Made by a program: the position numbers and the translations under genes. A DNA stretch of 64,000 nt from Trichoplax sp. H2 (taxonomy: Eukaryota): NCBI GenBank assembly GCA_003344405.1, contig NOWV01000016.1, forward strand, positions 62,001-126,000. Direction: 5' to 3'. Below are positions 27,647-41,918 of this stretch, one piece after another; the stretch's first letter is position 1; each line of letters opens with the position of its first letter. The notes under the pieces were generated by a model that saw only the letters and a program-made list of their open reading frames with translations, was not told where the DNA came from and ran no database searches.

Positions 27647-28642
27647 TTATGAACAGCATATTAACTGATATAGCTTGACTCGAAAACGATGGCAGAGAGA
27701 AGCATAAAGAATAGGATTAATTGCTGCGTTAGCATAGTAAAGAAAAGTACAAACTACGTGAATTGCTGTTAATTCTCTCTTAGTATCATTAGAGATCGGA
27801 ACTATGAATGCTATAACAATATCGTATATCCTTGTTGGTATAAAGCATATTACGTAAGCTATGGCCAAAGCAGTAGTTAATTTCAATAATCGAAATTGTA
27901 CTGGACTAAATACTTTAACTGGTGTTTGGCCAATGTTAAATGAGCTGCTTTTCGATAACGATGACGCTAATCCACCTTTCATCATTCGAATTTTGTTAAA
28001 TTTCTTTTGTACCTTGTAGCCCATTAATAAATTTGTAAACACTATCCAAACCAGTGGTAATACAAAACTGAGCATATTGATGGAAATATAAGATACTATC
28101 TTTGAGGTATCGGATGGAAATGCTTGTGTGCATATTGTTAGGTTGCTTGAAATAGTGACAGTATTAGTAAAAATTAACTCAGGTACAGCAAGTAAACACG
28201 CAAATAACCAAATCATTGCAATAATTATAGCCGCTCTTTTTTCAGTAAATGTCTTTTGTAAGCTATTCTTTACAGTAGTATAGCGATGATAGCTTATAGC
28301 TACAATTGTATATCCAATAACTGTGCTATGAATGATCATCAAAGCTAGGAATAACTTACAAACTGATATGCCCATATGAACGTTTTGATTTTGTTTATAT
28401 GATAAATAATAACTTATTTGGACAGGGATATTATAGCAAAGACATAACAAATTAGCTAGCATAACATTCATATGGAAGTAATTATTAATAGATCTCATAT
28501 TAGGAGTTATAGCATAAAAAAATAAAACTAATAAATTCATGATAAGACCGACTACAAAAATAATTGATAATAGAATGATAATAATATTGATATTCGTTGG
28601 AGATAACTCAAGAAAAATTTGAGTTGCCACAGATATCTTCAT
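27647..28642 (-). CDS. Class A (rhodopsin-like) GPCR, neuropeptide-receptor-like, intronless CDS, 331 aa
   Basis: Seven hydrophobic segments; TM3 Cys and AISYHRY, TM4 IWLFACLLAVP, TM5 FVLP, TM6 CFIP, TM7 NAAINPILY, helix 8 RFR. Confidence 0.93.
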   Translation of the reverse strand: MKISVATQIFLELSPTNINIIIILLSIIFVVGLIMNLLVLFFYAITPNMRSINNYFHMNVMLANLLCLCYNIPVQISYYLSYKQNQNVHMGISVCKLFLALMIIHSTVIGYTIVAISYHRYTTVKNSLQKTFTEKRAAIIIAMIWLFACLLAVPELIFTNTVTISSNLTICTQAFPSDTSKIVSYISINMLSFVLPLVWIVFTNLLMGYKVQKKFNKIRMMKGGLASSLSKSSSFNIGQTPVKVFSPVQFRLLKLTTALAIAYVICFIPTRIYDIVIAFIVPISNDTKRELTAIHVVCTFLYYANAAINPILYASLCHRFRVKLYQLICCS

Positions 28643-31600
28643 GCTGATACTTTTAAAAGAAGTATAAAAGGTTATAAAACAAATGAATCTACAATGAAAA
28701 GTTTAAAGTTGTCAAAAGACAGTGCAATACGATGTGAAATGACAAGACCGATGAAATGATATAGCCGATTAGGTTAGGACAAGTAGGTGATATGATCATG
28801 TAAATAAATAGTAAGCAAGATTACTGTATAAAATTATTTTATCATTTCCAGCGGTAAAAGTTTTGATATAAGTAAATGGTATAGCAAATAGATACAGAAG
28901 ATAATTAATAGGAAAATGACTTAAGATATACCAGTGAAATAAGAATCAGGATTATACTAATTCTTGTATTGATAAATTTTATGAATAGTATTAATAACGT
29001 CAATCGTTTTTAGAATGGAAAGAACCAAAATGAATTTAATTTTACGCTATTTACCACCAGAGAAATTGATCATTACAGCTTCAGTATATGTTGTCTGACT
29101 TTTCTATAATGTATGATCGATAATGTAGTTAATATCGTTGCTAAAAGATTAACTCTTGACCAAGATCGTCTTCTTCTGAAAAATATTAATGATAATTTTC
29201 AGATTGAAGTTCCACTATTTATAATCCAGCAGCCTTGGCGATTTAGGTATCATTTGACTGTTATAAGTATTGCTATTGTTTTATTACCTTATATCAAGAA
29301 TACTACGAATAATTAATCGATTATTGACATGTTGGCCTTAATAACTAAATTGATTGTATCATTATTTTTTGTTATTATCAACATCACGTTGGCATATGCT
29401 TTATATTATTTCATAGAATAGCATTATCTTGAATTTTAAATATATTATTACTATACTATGTTTGGCTGACGTCAATCAGGTTTGAAATCGTCATTTAAAT
29501 GATTTGTAGGCATTAGTAAGACTAATACTGTAAGCTATTAAACTAGTGATTTTTTCATATGTTTTAATAATTTGATTGTTCTCATGATTTTATTAGCGTT
29601 AGCTTAAAACAACTGTTCATTTAAATCGTATTGAAATTTCCTAGTTTACTTATGTCATACGATGTTCGTCGTATCGAATAATGATGTTGTTTGTTACAAT
29701 AGCAGTGGTCATGCTTTAATGAAAAACAATATTTGTGCAAATATACAAAAGCTTTATTCTCTTCATTCTATTCCATACTATAGATAAAATTTTATAGGAA
29801 ATTACGTATAAAGTTGTGGTAGTTCAAAGGTACTATAGTTTTTAAAGCTGATGGCATCATAAAATGCTATACAATGATATACGGTATTATTTAAGTAAAT
29901 TCTAGATTGCGTAAAAATTAGATTCTTCGAGTACAAGTAGAATAAAGAAGATAGGAAACTCAGTTTGATATCGAGTAGTCATACTTTTCGTCTATCATTT
30001 GATAATTTTTACCTAGATTCTTTAGGGAATTTTGAGTTAGAAAAGTTGTTTGGAATCTGGTATTTGTAACAAATGTATGAATTGGTATATGGATATGATT
30101 TCCATTGGGTATTGTTAATTCTTATTATGAATAGCTCACATATTGTTAACATATTGCCTTTTTTACTTACATCCTTGGTATAAGCTATCATTTGATTCAA
30201 CACCTGATCAAAAGTAGAGTAATACGTCGTATTAAATCAGCGGATTAGGGATCCTTCCTTAATTAACTATAATCTGCAAACCTTTCCACTATGTTTCTTA
30301 AGATAACGATTATCGAATTTCAAATGTGATTACTTCATATTTTTAGCTTTCTTATTACTACGGTTCTTTTCTTGAGCACCACCCTTAAATTTAGTTATGT
30401 CGTATTGTCAGGATGACTTACTGTATATATACGAGATAGAGAATTTTATACGAAAAATGAATGATTAGTTACAGTCCAGTTTTATGAGGATATCAATTTT
30501 CTTCCATTTAGGAAAGATAGTTAATACTATTAACCTTTTAATTTTTAATGATAAATGTAGCCTGAAATTGATCATAATATCGATTTAAGGTGATCAACAA
30601 CATATATTCTCAAGTTATACCATCGTAATCTTTCATGAGTAAAGTAAAGGTGACGGATTGCGATGAATCGAATCTTACACTCCCTGGGTGTACAGAAGAT
30701 TATATCTATTGTAAATATAATCGTATCTACTCAAATAGTATCACGCTTTAACGTACGGTATAACATCATCGATGAAATATTTGTTTACTTAGCTATTTAA
30801 ATGCAGCCACATTAAATGCGGGTAATGTTTATGTTGCTACCTATAAAATTATTATGTTCCCAATGAGGAATCTGAGAACTTGTAATATTTATTTAAATTA
30901 AGTCCAGTAGCGATATGTACTTAAAGACGTAAATGAAATCGTCAGACAAGTTAGCACACGGAGGTAAATAGAGACACTAATCAGTTGATACCTAGTAATG
31001 TAGACTGTAGTATAATGTAAAAGTAGTAAAAAAATGTCGCAATAAGAAATTTATGATGCACAATATTTACTGTTATAATCTATGAGCTGATGTACCTTAT
31101 TTCGTCAAAAGTTTCGTGAAGATATTTTTAAGACTGAAGTTTGTATACGTTATATTGCTTCCTAAAAGTTGTTAGTATTTACGTGTTTGCACTGCAAGGA
31201 TAATTCTACGTGGATTTCTTGTAAATAGGAAGGATTTGCATACTAGTTTCTTGGCTATCAGCTTTCTACTACACTATTGGTCGCCTTTTATAATGGGAAT
31301 AGCAATAATGGAAATATTTTTGATACAACTGCTACTTTTATATCATGCCTTGTATAAGCCGAGTAGCATCTACTTGTTTGAATTTATGGAAGGCGGAATT
31401 TGTATTTTTATATACTGTATTAACCTTTGCCACAAAATAGAAGTTTTTCCGTACTTTATTTTATAGAAAATCATCTTAATAAAGGAATAATTGCTATTGT
31501 GCAGTATACGAGATTGCACAAGTGTCGATTTATAATCTAATTTAGCTCAGACTATTTTATGGGCCTATTTAAATGTTGTTTTCAAAATTGCATGGAAATT

Positions 31601-33544
31601 TTTTTACAAGTTAAGTGTTCAATGGTACAATAGCGTATATAGGACATGTAATATACAAAGCAGCTCTAACTTAGATGCAGAGTTTAAATTGTAAATACTC
31701 ATGACAGGTGCTTGCATACCTATATGTTGTATTGTAGCAAATGGAGGTTTTATAAGCGGACATGTAACGTGCGATGATTATTAGTCACCGTACTAAGGCA
31801 CTGCAGAGTTGTTTATGCTTATAAGCAATAAAGGTGTGATGACTAATAGGGAAACTTATGCTTAAGAAGTAACGTAATATTGTATCGATCGATAACAATC
31901 CTACTTTTAATTAATTATTGTTATGTCTTTGTCATTTTTCGATACATTATTACATTTGATTAATATGATTTAGCTACTCCAGACTACTATTATAAGTTAT
32001 AGTTTACAAAAATATAAAAGTACAACATCGCAAATTTGATATTGCAATTTTCAATTGATACTAATATGTGCATAACGTAATATACGAATATTTTGTATAC
32101 CGTCTAGCATACTGTGAGTATATCAATTATATATGGTTTCAAAATGTCGAAAAGAATAGTTATTTACAAATTCTTTAAGAGTTAAGGATTCGATTTGTGA
32201 ACGCAAAAGTCATGATTGAGCATGAACAGTCTGTTACGATGTAAGCTATACAGCCATAGGATACCTATTGCATCCGTTATGCCATCAATATCATACGTTA
32301 TCACTGCGCTACGACGTATACAATATCAGCCTGCCGTAGCAGTTTGCTTAAAAAGATCCAATCATTTCGACATGTAGTACGCGTAATACCGTTGAGCATT
32401 TTGAAGGCTTCAACGAATTCGATTATTATTCGCTACATTGTTGTGTACTGTACAAGTGTACATGTATTGGTGTGGATGTGGACTTATAGAGTTAGTCCTA
32501 CGGTACGACTTGAAGATAGTATAGATTGAAAGACTGTAGTATTTACTTCTATAATTTAGCATTAATGTTATCAATCAGAAAAACTTGGTTGTATTTGAAC
32601 AATCATTGGATTGCAGCATAACCAGTCTATAGTAGATAACCGTTAATTAATGGCGATTGCTAACAATTTGGTATTGAGCTAGGGGCGATTTTCGATCGAG
32701 GTCTTTTGTAACTTTGTAAACTTGAAGGTCTCTGTACAATGATCTGCTGTAACTGTAAATATGGTAGAAAATGAATGAACTACTTGCTGATGTACACCTG
32801 GGCCGGCGTACTAATCATTCAGGGTTCTAATTTAGTTCCTGGTACTCTTAATATAGTACCCTAAGTACGTGACTCAAGTTTTACCGTACTCGATTATTTC
32901 CTCAAGATTGAATTAATTAATTCCACTTTTATATAAGAATTCAAATATAGCCTGTACAATATGCAAGGAAATGACTTTTATGTCCATCGTTACTATTAGA
33001 TGTACTGTACATATAACTTATTGGTGAAATAAATTGGAAGTATTGATTAATTGATGTTTACGTAGCGATAGTAAAAATGGATTAGTTGATTTTTAAATGA
33101 ATAAAATCTAGCCTCTTATACTGTAATTGTAGACCGCTTCCAGTTGATATGTTCCCCTAGAAATAGATGATGGTCAGTTTGAAGTCATGCTGTAGGCAAA
33201 TATGCAAGAGGACAAGCCTCACTTGCAGCATTTTACATTCACATCGGAAATTGCGTTTTATACTACAGAATCTGCAGGATAGGACTGCAATGAGGTAGCT
33301 CGTATCGTGCTATTCTCGTGCTACTAGAGTAGTTCCCCATTTCATAAAGTCTCGTTAACTGGATACCTTCAACATGGATAATCAAAGGCATTCAGTCGTG
33401 TTGACGTTTGCTGTTTAAACTTGTGGGCAACAATAACGTAAATGAATTAACATGAAAGAGATGGACCAAATCTCTGTAGGACTGCTGAAGAAAAGAGAGT
33501 GAGTGGACTCCGTGGATGAATGATGCAATGGTAGTGTCTGCAGC

Positions 33545-33745
33545 ACAGTGTATAGTACTGTATGCTGCACTATACTGTACACTGTACACTGTAAAGCACA
33601 GTGACATGACAAACAATTTGATACAGTATGTATTGCCCTGCCTACAGTACATACACTGTACTGTATTATGGGGAACAAACGTCACAGAACGCTACTACAG
33701 TACAGTACAGTATACAGTACAGTACATGTACAGTACAGTACTGTA
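33545..33745. repeat. TACAG/CTGTA cluster upstream of ATF6
   Basis: ctacagtacagtacagtatacagtacagtacatgtacagtacagtactgtag, plus opposite-orientation tactgtacactgtacactgta. Confidence 0.85.
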
Positions 33746-33894
33746 GCTCTAATGCATTGTTATAAAAGGATTCTCATTTTAGGGGTCTTTGACGCAAAGA
33801 GAATTTCCAAAGAAAGGGCAATAGAGAAGGAAGCAGTCGTACTGGACCGTAGAAGTTGAAATTAATTCCCCAAATCCCAAAGTCGAATTAAATC

Positions 33895-36800
33895 ATGGAT
33901 CAGGGTTTACACGACGAATTGGATCCCCACTATAATCAAGCAGATGGCTTCAATACCGCAGATTGGGGTAAGGAAACTAGTAAAAGTATTCTTTCAAAAA
34001 TGATTCAATTTTTCACTGAGAATGAGCGATCATAGACTGCTGTACACTGTACACTAGAGTGTACAGTACGCGTACAGTATGTGGACGGCGTACAAGAGTC
34101 ACTCACGCAAGTTACTGAATAAGGATCATTGCCTTTCCAATTTAAAATTACTTCTTTGACTTCTCATTTCCAACACCACTCGCTATCATGATGAAAGACC
34201 GTTTCTGATACATACAGTATAGAGAAATAGACTTATAATCCTAGTAAACCTGTTAGGTTAAAGAATAATGAATTCTAAGTACGGATAAAATTGCTGATGG
34301 CATTACAGTACAACAGAAAAGGACGCTTATCTTTCGCTTTACTGTAGCGTTGTACAGTATAGAAGACTGGATAAGAGTTTATAATTTTTTTTTATATTAT
34401 TACCAATGTCGATTTCGATAGCGATGTCGTACAACAGATACAGTACATTAATATCGAGTCAAAAATTGTATAAAAATCTCATTGATTTTTATTCTATTTC
34501 TTGATGATCAACAGTGGTATAATATACCTATATCCTATACTGTATTTACAGTATTACACAGTCAAAATTAACACAAGTACAGTAAATGTAGAACAGAAAT
34601 ATTTGAAAATAGAAAATTTAATTAATTGTTGGTAATAGCAGTACAGTATATAAGTTTTCTCAAAATAATTTTCGCATTCTTACTGATAATTTCATGTCAG
34701 ACGTATTCTAGGATACAGTAGTCTATAGTTAGAACAGTAATGGTATAGAAAGTAATTAATCTTCATCTCTTTAATATCCGTGCATGATTTCGTATTATGT
34801 CAGCACTTCCTTGTACTGTACTGTACTATAGTACTGTAGTAGTTGTTGGGCGGTATACAACATTGTTAGTGCAAGAGGTCAATACTCTGTGTAAGGTAGC
34901 GCGTGGCTATTTGAGCAGGTAGACTACCTGTTACTACGGTGACAAACCAGTCGCCCATCGAGCAATCGGCGTTACCATGTAGATGAAAAATATTAGGCAT
35001 TTGAAAGAAAATTCTCATCATTGTGACTTAGTTCGCCTTCAATCAATGCTAAATAATTACAAACTATAGTACTATTCTGAAACTGATGAAGTAGAGGTTA
35101 TCAAGGATGGAGAAATTTTAAAGTTGTAGTAATAACAAACGTATACTGCACTATCGATGTAGACGAGACTGTGAACTTGTTGATATACGTATAATGTCAC
35201 TTGTCTGTACACAAACTCATCGACAGCCAAGATCTTTCTAATTACTCGTGCTTACACTCATGCCGATATCGTTAGTATTATCTGTAATCTTGGTAAATTT
35301 TACACATAAAGCTTCGCCACTACATAGCCAGTTTATACTTTTTAATTGCCCTCTAATTTTTCCCTTATTGTAGAACATGATTGTAATACAGTACTTGTAT
35401 ATGAGAATGACGCTGAGTAAATTTATCAATGCATATTTGGACCGACAATAACATTTATACGATATGACTTTATAAAATACCAAATTGATTAAAGCTACAA
35501 TTGCATCTTGAACTGCAATCTGTAAATTGTAAATGATTCTAATGTTAGCTTGTTATTTAATATCCTCCTTCGACTTTTAGACATGGACTGTCAACAATTT
35601 GACCTAGAAAATGGCGAATTGGACACCATGCTGGACAAACTTGTCGATCAACTACCTCGAGTACCGGTAAATATTGTCTTTCTTTTTCAATAAAGATATA
35701 GTAGGCACCTAGGGCAGTTATCATCTTCGCCAGCTGAAGATTTGTAACGGACACACTATAGATTGTTATCTGTTTTTTGTTGTTATTACTACGTACGCAT
35801 CTGATCAGCGGATACTTTTGCTACCGTACTCACACCTCCGTATTAGTGTTTTTCGTTGAAAGGGACTATGTTAATTACAAGTAGACAATAGTTGTAGTAC
35901 TTTGTAGACCGCATATGGAGGAAGATAATGCCTAATGTACTGTTCATAGCGCACAATACTGCGTGCATTTTAGTATTACGGTACTTTGATGGAAATTGTT
36001 TTACTTGAGCTGTAGGTCGTCTGAATACGTGATGTTACACATATCCACTGTATTTCCTGATAGCAAACATTTGTCCTTTTCGCTTTGCCGTTAGCCTTTA
36101 TTATTAAAACTTGACAACCGTATTGATTATAGAATTATATGCCTATTCAATATGTTTGACCTTACTAGTTATCGAATTTATGATCTGGGTAGCATGTACT
36201 GTAGATAATATCTAGTGCACATATTATCTTTGAATCTGAGAATTTTACAATTAATTATGTATCAAATACAGCAATGGATTATTAATACAGTATCTTAGTA
36301 TCATACTTAAATCGCTATTTTTAGAATTAAAATAATTAATATACTGAATCTGCTTGCGTAGTACGTTACACTGCATGAAGATACTGTACAGTCGTCAGTT
36401 AACAATGCTTCTTTTCCTGTTGAAAACAATAATGGAAATCACGTCGTATGTGTCAAACTGGTCTACCTCATCTGCATGTATTGCACTGCCTGAAAATATT
36501 TTTGAATTAATAATTAAAATGCGTATGTACAGTGAAGAATCTCCAATAACAAGTTTTGTACTTGTGTGTTAAACTCAAAAACATTAACCCAGCAATTAAC
36601 ATACATTATGATCTAGTATCGACAGAAACACCTGTCTAACGGCGAACTAGAGTGATATTTCTCTACACAATGAAACTCTCACGTATTATTTTTGTTGTTG
36701 TCTTTATCGCATTTACGGTAATGCATATGTTGTACATTTCCCTTAAGAAAAGAAAGCCATCTACAGATTTTGTCACCAATTCTTTTGTATTGCAGCGTCT

Positions 36801-39800
36801 GTATTTATAATGAAAAGCTCTTAGTTTTTTATATAAACATTGATTAAACAAAAATATCTAATTTCTTTCTTCTGAAGGATTCGAATTGGGGCAAATCATT
36901 AGAATTTGACGATTCTTACATTGACGAATGGCTTGTTGATAACTGCGAATCGCCAGAAAATAGTCACGATAGTGGTGGTATGTTATTTAATTTATATCAG
37001 AATTGACTTTTTAGTAATGTTAAATAAAATATAGAAACAGTATTTGTACTTTAATAGTAAATGAAATGATACATTGAAAAAGAATAGCGAGTTTGATTGT
37101 TACGAGAGACAGAGCCCGTAGGCTATTCTTTGTTATGTTAATTTTCTTGAAGATTTAGTATAGTATGTAACCGCTACAGGGTGATAGTAAGTACTGTACA
37201 CTTATCAACTGAAAAGATTACTCCAATGTTCTACTAGAAACCAAGCTTTAGTAAGTGGTAGTCCCTATTGTACGTATATAGTACTACATTTGTTACTATT
37301 GAATGTGGTCAAAAGTAGGTTTATGTTGCAGCTTTATTTACAACACTGAAAAGAATTGAGGGTTAGATTTTTAGCGGCTAAATAACCATTTTTTTTGATG
37401 TTTTTATTACCTAGTTTATCTTAAATCTGAGCCTCTTTCGCCTTCGAATTCTCTTGGCAGTTCATCTTCTTATCAGGTACGTTATCATTCGATTTTGTTT
37501 TCGAATTTCTTTAAATTGAGGATCATATGATTCGTATCATATAGTACTGTTATTTTTGATATAGCAGCTAGTCCTCGTGCTTTATAAATTGATATGCAGT
37601 GCGCTGTTTACCATATATATAAGTATACGCGTGTATTCAATCTAGAAGTTTGAAATTATACAGTTTTATGGACAGTAGTAAATTAAGTTTTCAACGTTAA
37701 TTAACTGATGTAAGTGGTGTTACGAATAGTACTAATATCACCGACATAATTGTTGCATTAATACCAGGTCTCTAATGCATCCGTGGCCCCATCGCCAAAT
37801 AGTGAATCATCAATAAAAATAGAATCACCACCAATAACTCCACCACAAAATCAGTATATTCCAAAGGATGTCCAACAGACAGGTACCGGTATATTATTAT
37901 CAAATTTCTTAATAAATTGTCGGTAATAGCTGTAGTGGAAGAACCTCAGCAATTATGAATCATACGTACAATAATTTATCAATAATATTCGGGTATTCGT
38001 TGGCTTTTTCTCACTTATGCAATTTTTAAAATTAAAATTTTAGATATTAGTCCTAATTCTCATGCAAACTATAACAAAGTACCGCTCGTATCCTCGGTGC
38101 GAAAGATACCTTTAGCTCATGGTCGAAGCGGGACTTCATTTACGGTGAGTGTGTTTACCACTTTTAATAATTTTACTAATATATAGCAAGTTAATTGTAT
38201 TACCTTTATCGTATTAGATCTAATTATTTATGTCTTTTACTCTCTTACATAGTCCTTAGAGGAAGAGATTGTTAATAAGCCATTGCCAGCTGTCGATACG
38301 ACTAAATTTTCAACAGTCGAGGTTCGATTTAGAGTCTGCGCTAATTTTTTACATAACCGTATCAAGATTATATCTTTTTATAAGGCAATAAAGTGTTGTT
38401 ATTATTCTTATTATCCGCATAATTTACTTATCATTCTTTATTACAGTTGAAGGCATATAAAAAGTTACAAAGGAAAATTAAGAATCGTGAATCTGCTTGT
38501 TTATCGAGAAAGAAGAAGAAGGAGGCGAGAAAATTGCAAAAATGCAATTTTTAATTGATTTCCTAAACAAACATCAAGAAAATTTATATATATCTCTTTT
38601 AATAATTTGTAATCAAATATATAGTATTTACAAAGTTTGGAGACCGAGCTTAATCAGCAAGCAGCTTTATGTAATCGTTTAAAATCAGAGAATGAGTCTC
38701 TAAAGCTAAAAATTCAACAGTTAGAACAAGAAGTGAGTTTAAATTTGGATGATGTTTAATTTTATTAGACTTTTAATTAAATACATAAATGATCAATATT
38801 CATATCATGCTTTTTATTTTTAAGAGTGTTTACTCTAACGATGTTCTTAAATTTTCAGCAAATCTTAAGTTATTATCAATTTTTTTCAAATTTTAGAACG
38901 TTGCACTCAGACAACATCAGGAATCTGTAGAATCCAATACTAAATTTTCTTCTAACAAATCTCATGTTGTACTCTTTATGGTTCTTTTGTTTGTTGGATT
39001 TAATGTAACCGTTCTGAATCTTACAAGGTATTATTATAACTTTATATTACTAACTAATTTACGGAACATTGATGTTTTACATTAAATTAATATCGCAACT
39101 TTTATATTGGATTTGATAAATTCTAGTAGTAATACCGTTATCGATCAAATACCTGGTGATGATAGTATTTCAGTTTTGCATGGACGTGCTCTGCTGTCTC
39201 ATAAAGGAGAACAACCTGACATAATTATTGGTAGGCCATCACTACCACTAGAGCATAGCAAGTCGTACAAAGAGTTTGAATCATCATCCAGTGGCTGTTC
39301 GCCTGTGTTAAATAAGACCGAAACACAACGGTAACAGAACAAGATGTTGATCTCTCAACAGGATCTTGCGCAATATTAACAGCACTAGCTAACTCAGTAT
39401 GTATTTAATATAGTAATGTTGTGTTTTTACTATTAGAATTTCGCGCACGCTTTTAAAATGGCATCAACGACAGAAGGTAGAATATAATTTCATTCGTAAG
39501 AATTCTGTATTACAAGATAAAGAGGCTTTTCAGGTATTATGTTTGTATTTTTATGCCCTTTTAGAAGATTTAAGTAATCGACTAAATAACTAATTTTTAT
39601 CTTATAGAAGCTTGGATCGAACGAGCTTGCTATTAAGCCTGATAATGCCATTCCTAGGTAATATGATATTAAATTTGTTAACATATTTTTCGTCATTCCA
39701 TGTATTTTCTTTCTTTCATATAATAAGGCAATAGATCGGTGAAATTTATTAATTTCTCTAACGATATTTGTATCTTACAGAAAAGAGTCTGAAGTTGATA

Positions 39801-40421
39801 ACAACCAGATTGTACCATATTATAGTGACGTTTTCAGCAGGTAGCCTAACTGAATTCGTTTGTTTATAGCTATAATTTACATGATACGTATGTAAGCTGT
39901 ATGTATGTTTAATTTACAAAGCGAGATATTAAGAGAAACTAGTCCATTGCATTATTATTGACTTTTTTAATTGGTCGGTAATAGAAATTTCTAACTCTGT
40001 ATTTTTTCTAGCGCACGCGATTACGTCTCCAAAATGTTCAATCAGAGTGTCGATACGTTTTATGTTGTAACATTTAAGAAAGATTTATATTTATATCCAC
40101 CTACAACTGGTAACAAGAATCAAAAGCAACGGCTGTCTCTAATTATGCCAGCTTTTAATGGTCAGTGCATCTTGAACGCTGAAGGAGTTACTTATTATGT
40201 GTACATGTATAAATACTACACAGTAAAAACAATATAATCTGAAAAATTGGCATTGATTTTTAACTGAACGTTATTTTTTGATTGAATTAGAAACTTACAT
40301 GACAACAATGGTGAAAATCGATTGCGAGATTTCAAATATGACCTTCGTCAAGTTAAATATACCTTCAGCTCTAGCAACTGACCGTTTTAGCTGGTTTCAA
40401 TCTGCTCCGTCAGTGTTGTAA
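33895..40421 (+). CDS. ATF6: ATF6, ER membrane-bound bZIP unfolded-protein-response transcription factor, multi-exon
   Basis: Exon 1 MDQGLHDE...TADW (33895-33967), exon 35581-35666, LKSEPLSP, bZIP QRKIKNRESACLSRKKKKE|YLQSLE...LKSENESLK, TM VVLFMVLLFVGFN, S1P-like site RALL, luminal CSPVLNKTETQR, DTFYVVTFKKD, LSLIMPA, MVKIDCEI. TAA at 40419-40421. Confidence 0.93.
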
Positions 40422-41918
40422 ATGATGACTTATAGCTGATTAAGGCACTAATAGCTATCCTCTTCGAATAAATAATTGAATATGGTATTAATAACACTGT
40501 TAATAAATTGAGATTATATAACAAATTTCGCAACGCTAGACGTACGAAAAAAATTGTCATGAGCAATTTAAGAATGAATCATTTTATCACTATAATTTAC
40601 CGTACAGCGTGAAATCTTTAAACCTTGTACGTCATAACTATTTAAATCTAACGAAATACAATTGTTAACTTAAAAAGAAAATAGCTATCTTTGTTCTCCT
40701 ATTCGTGATGTTCATGGGTTGCCAGATTGTACTCAATACTATAGCTTAAATAAACTTACAGATACAACGTAGTATTGCTTAAACCTATTTTGTTTGATGT
40801 ATTTTCATCTTTAATCACATCATTAAGAACAATCGTCAATTGTATATCAATGCTACTAGCTTTGCGAACTCGTATTCCGACATCAGGCACAAGACTGTAG
40901 TTTCTATGTGAATAAATTTAATTTAATAAAATTGGCAAAGTTAAAAGAGTATAAATTTATATCAATGTTTATTTCATTTGTAACTGAGTTTAATGAGAAA
41001 CAATCACAAAAGGATAAAATTTTTGCATTAAGGATATATGCTCAATCTATAATTTAAAGATTTTTCGGTTAAAGTCGCATGTCATATAAAAAACTGTAAT
41101 GTGATAGTACAACATGCGTCAGTAGAAAGTGGTTATATTTATGAACAAGTGTCATGAATTCGACATAAAATATCTACTATTATAGCATTAGGAGCTATTT
41201 GCCTGACTCAAATGTTTGAGTATAAAAAATTTACGATTATAATATTACAATATATTGTGTTTAATCTTGGTCAGGGCTCTAGGGGTTATAGTCGTTCATA
41301 CAACATTAATATATCATTTATAGCATACAAATAGATTTGTAGTGTAACATATAGGATATTTCTAAACAGATGTTCTTTTTCGTATTATTCTATGTAATAA
41401 TACACCGTCATATACATTAAATTTAACTTAAATTAAATTAGTTGTAAATTGTGATACAGGTATTCACCTTTTAACGCTTTAAAAACTCTTTCTTAACTCA
41501 AGCAAACAAATTAAGTGATTGCTTATTTTGTACAAATAATAATAGGGTATCGATAATACATTTGTATAGCACTTAAAATGGAGTCCAATAATAGCGATTC
41601 AGAGCCTTAAAAATGGATTTCATTTGTATACAATACCATTTTGCAGTAATTGAGCAAAAATAGCTCATCACCAAAATAATCGTTAGTAGTTAATATTACT
41701 GTGGTAAAAAAGCCGGTACTTGCTGTTGTACAGACGATAATGAAAACATGAGGTGACTCCTCACCAATTTAAGGCATACATGAGTAAATAAATGATATCA
41801 ACTGCTTGACAGTCTCAATGAACGACATGAATATTATTTCATAAAAATAATCGGAGATTTTCTTATTCATGAACGTCGACGGAATCAAAATTATGTTGTA
41901 AGGCCATTCACTGTACAT

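Noticed and set aside
30009-30203. Exon-like ORF with a faint C-type-lectin-like ending (WKSYPYTNSYIC)
   Set aside because: Key Cys and spacing are missing and no partner exons were found; it could be a UTR exon or noise.
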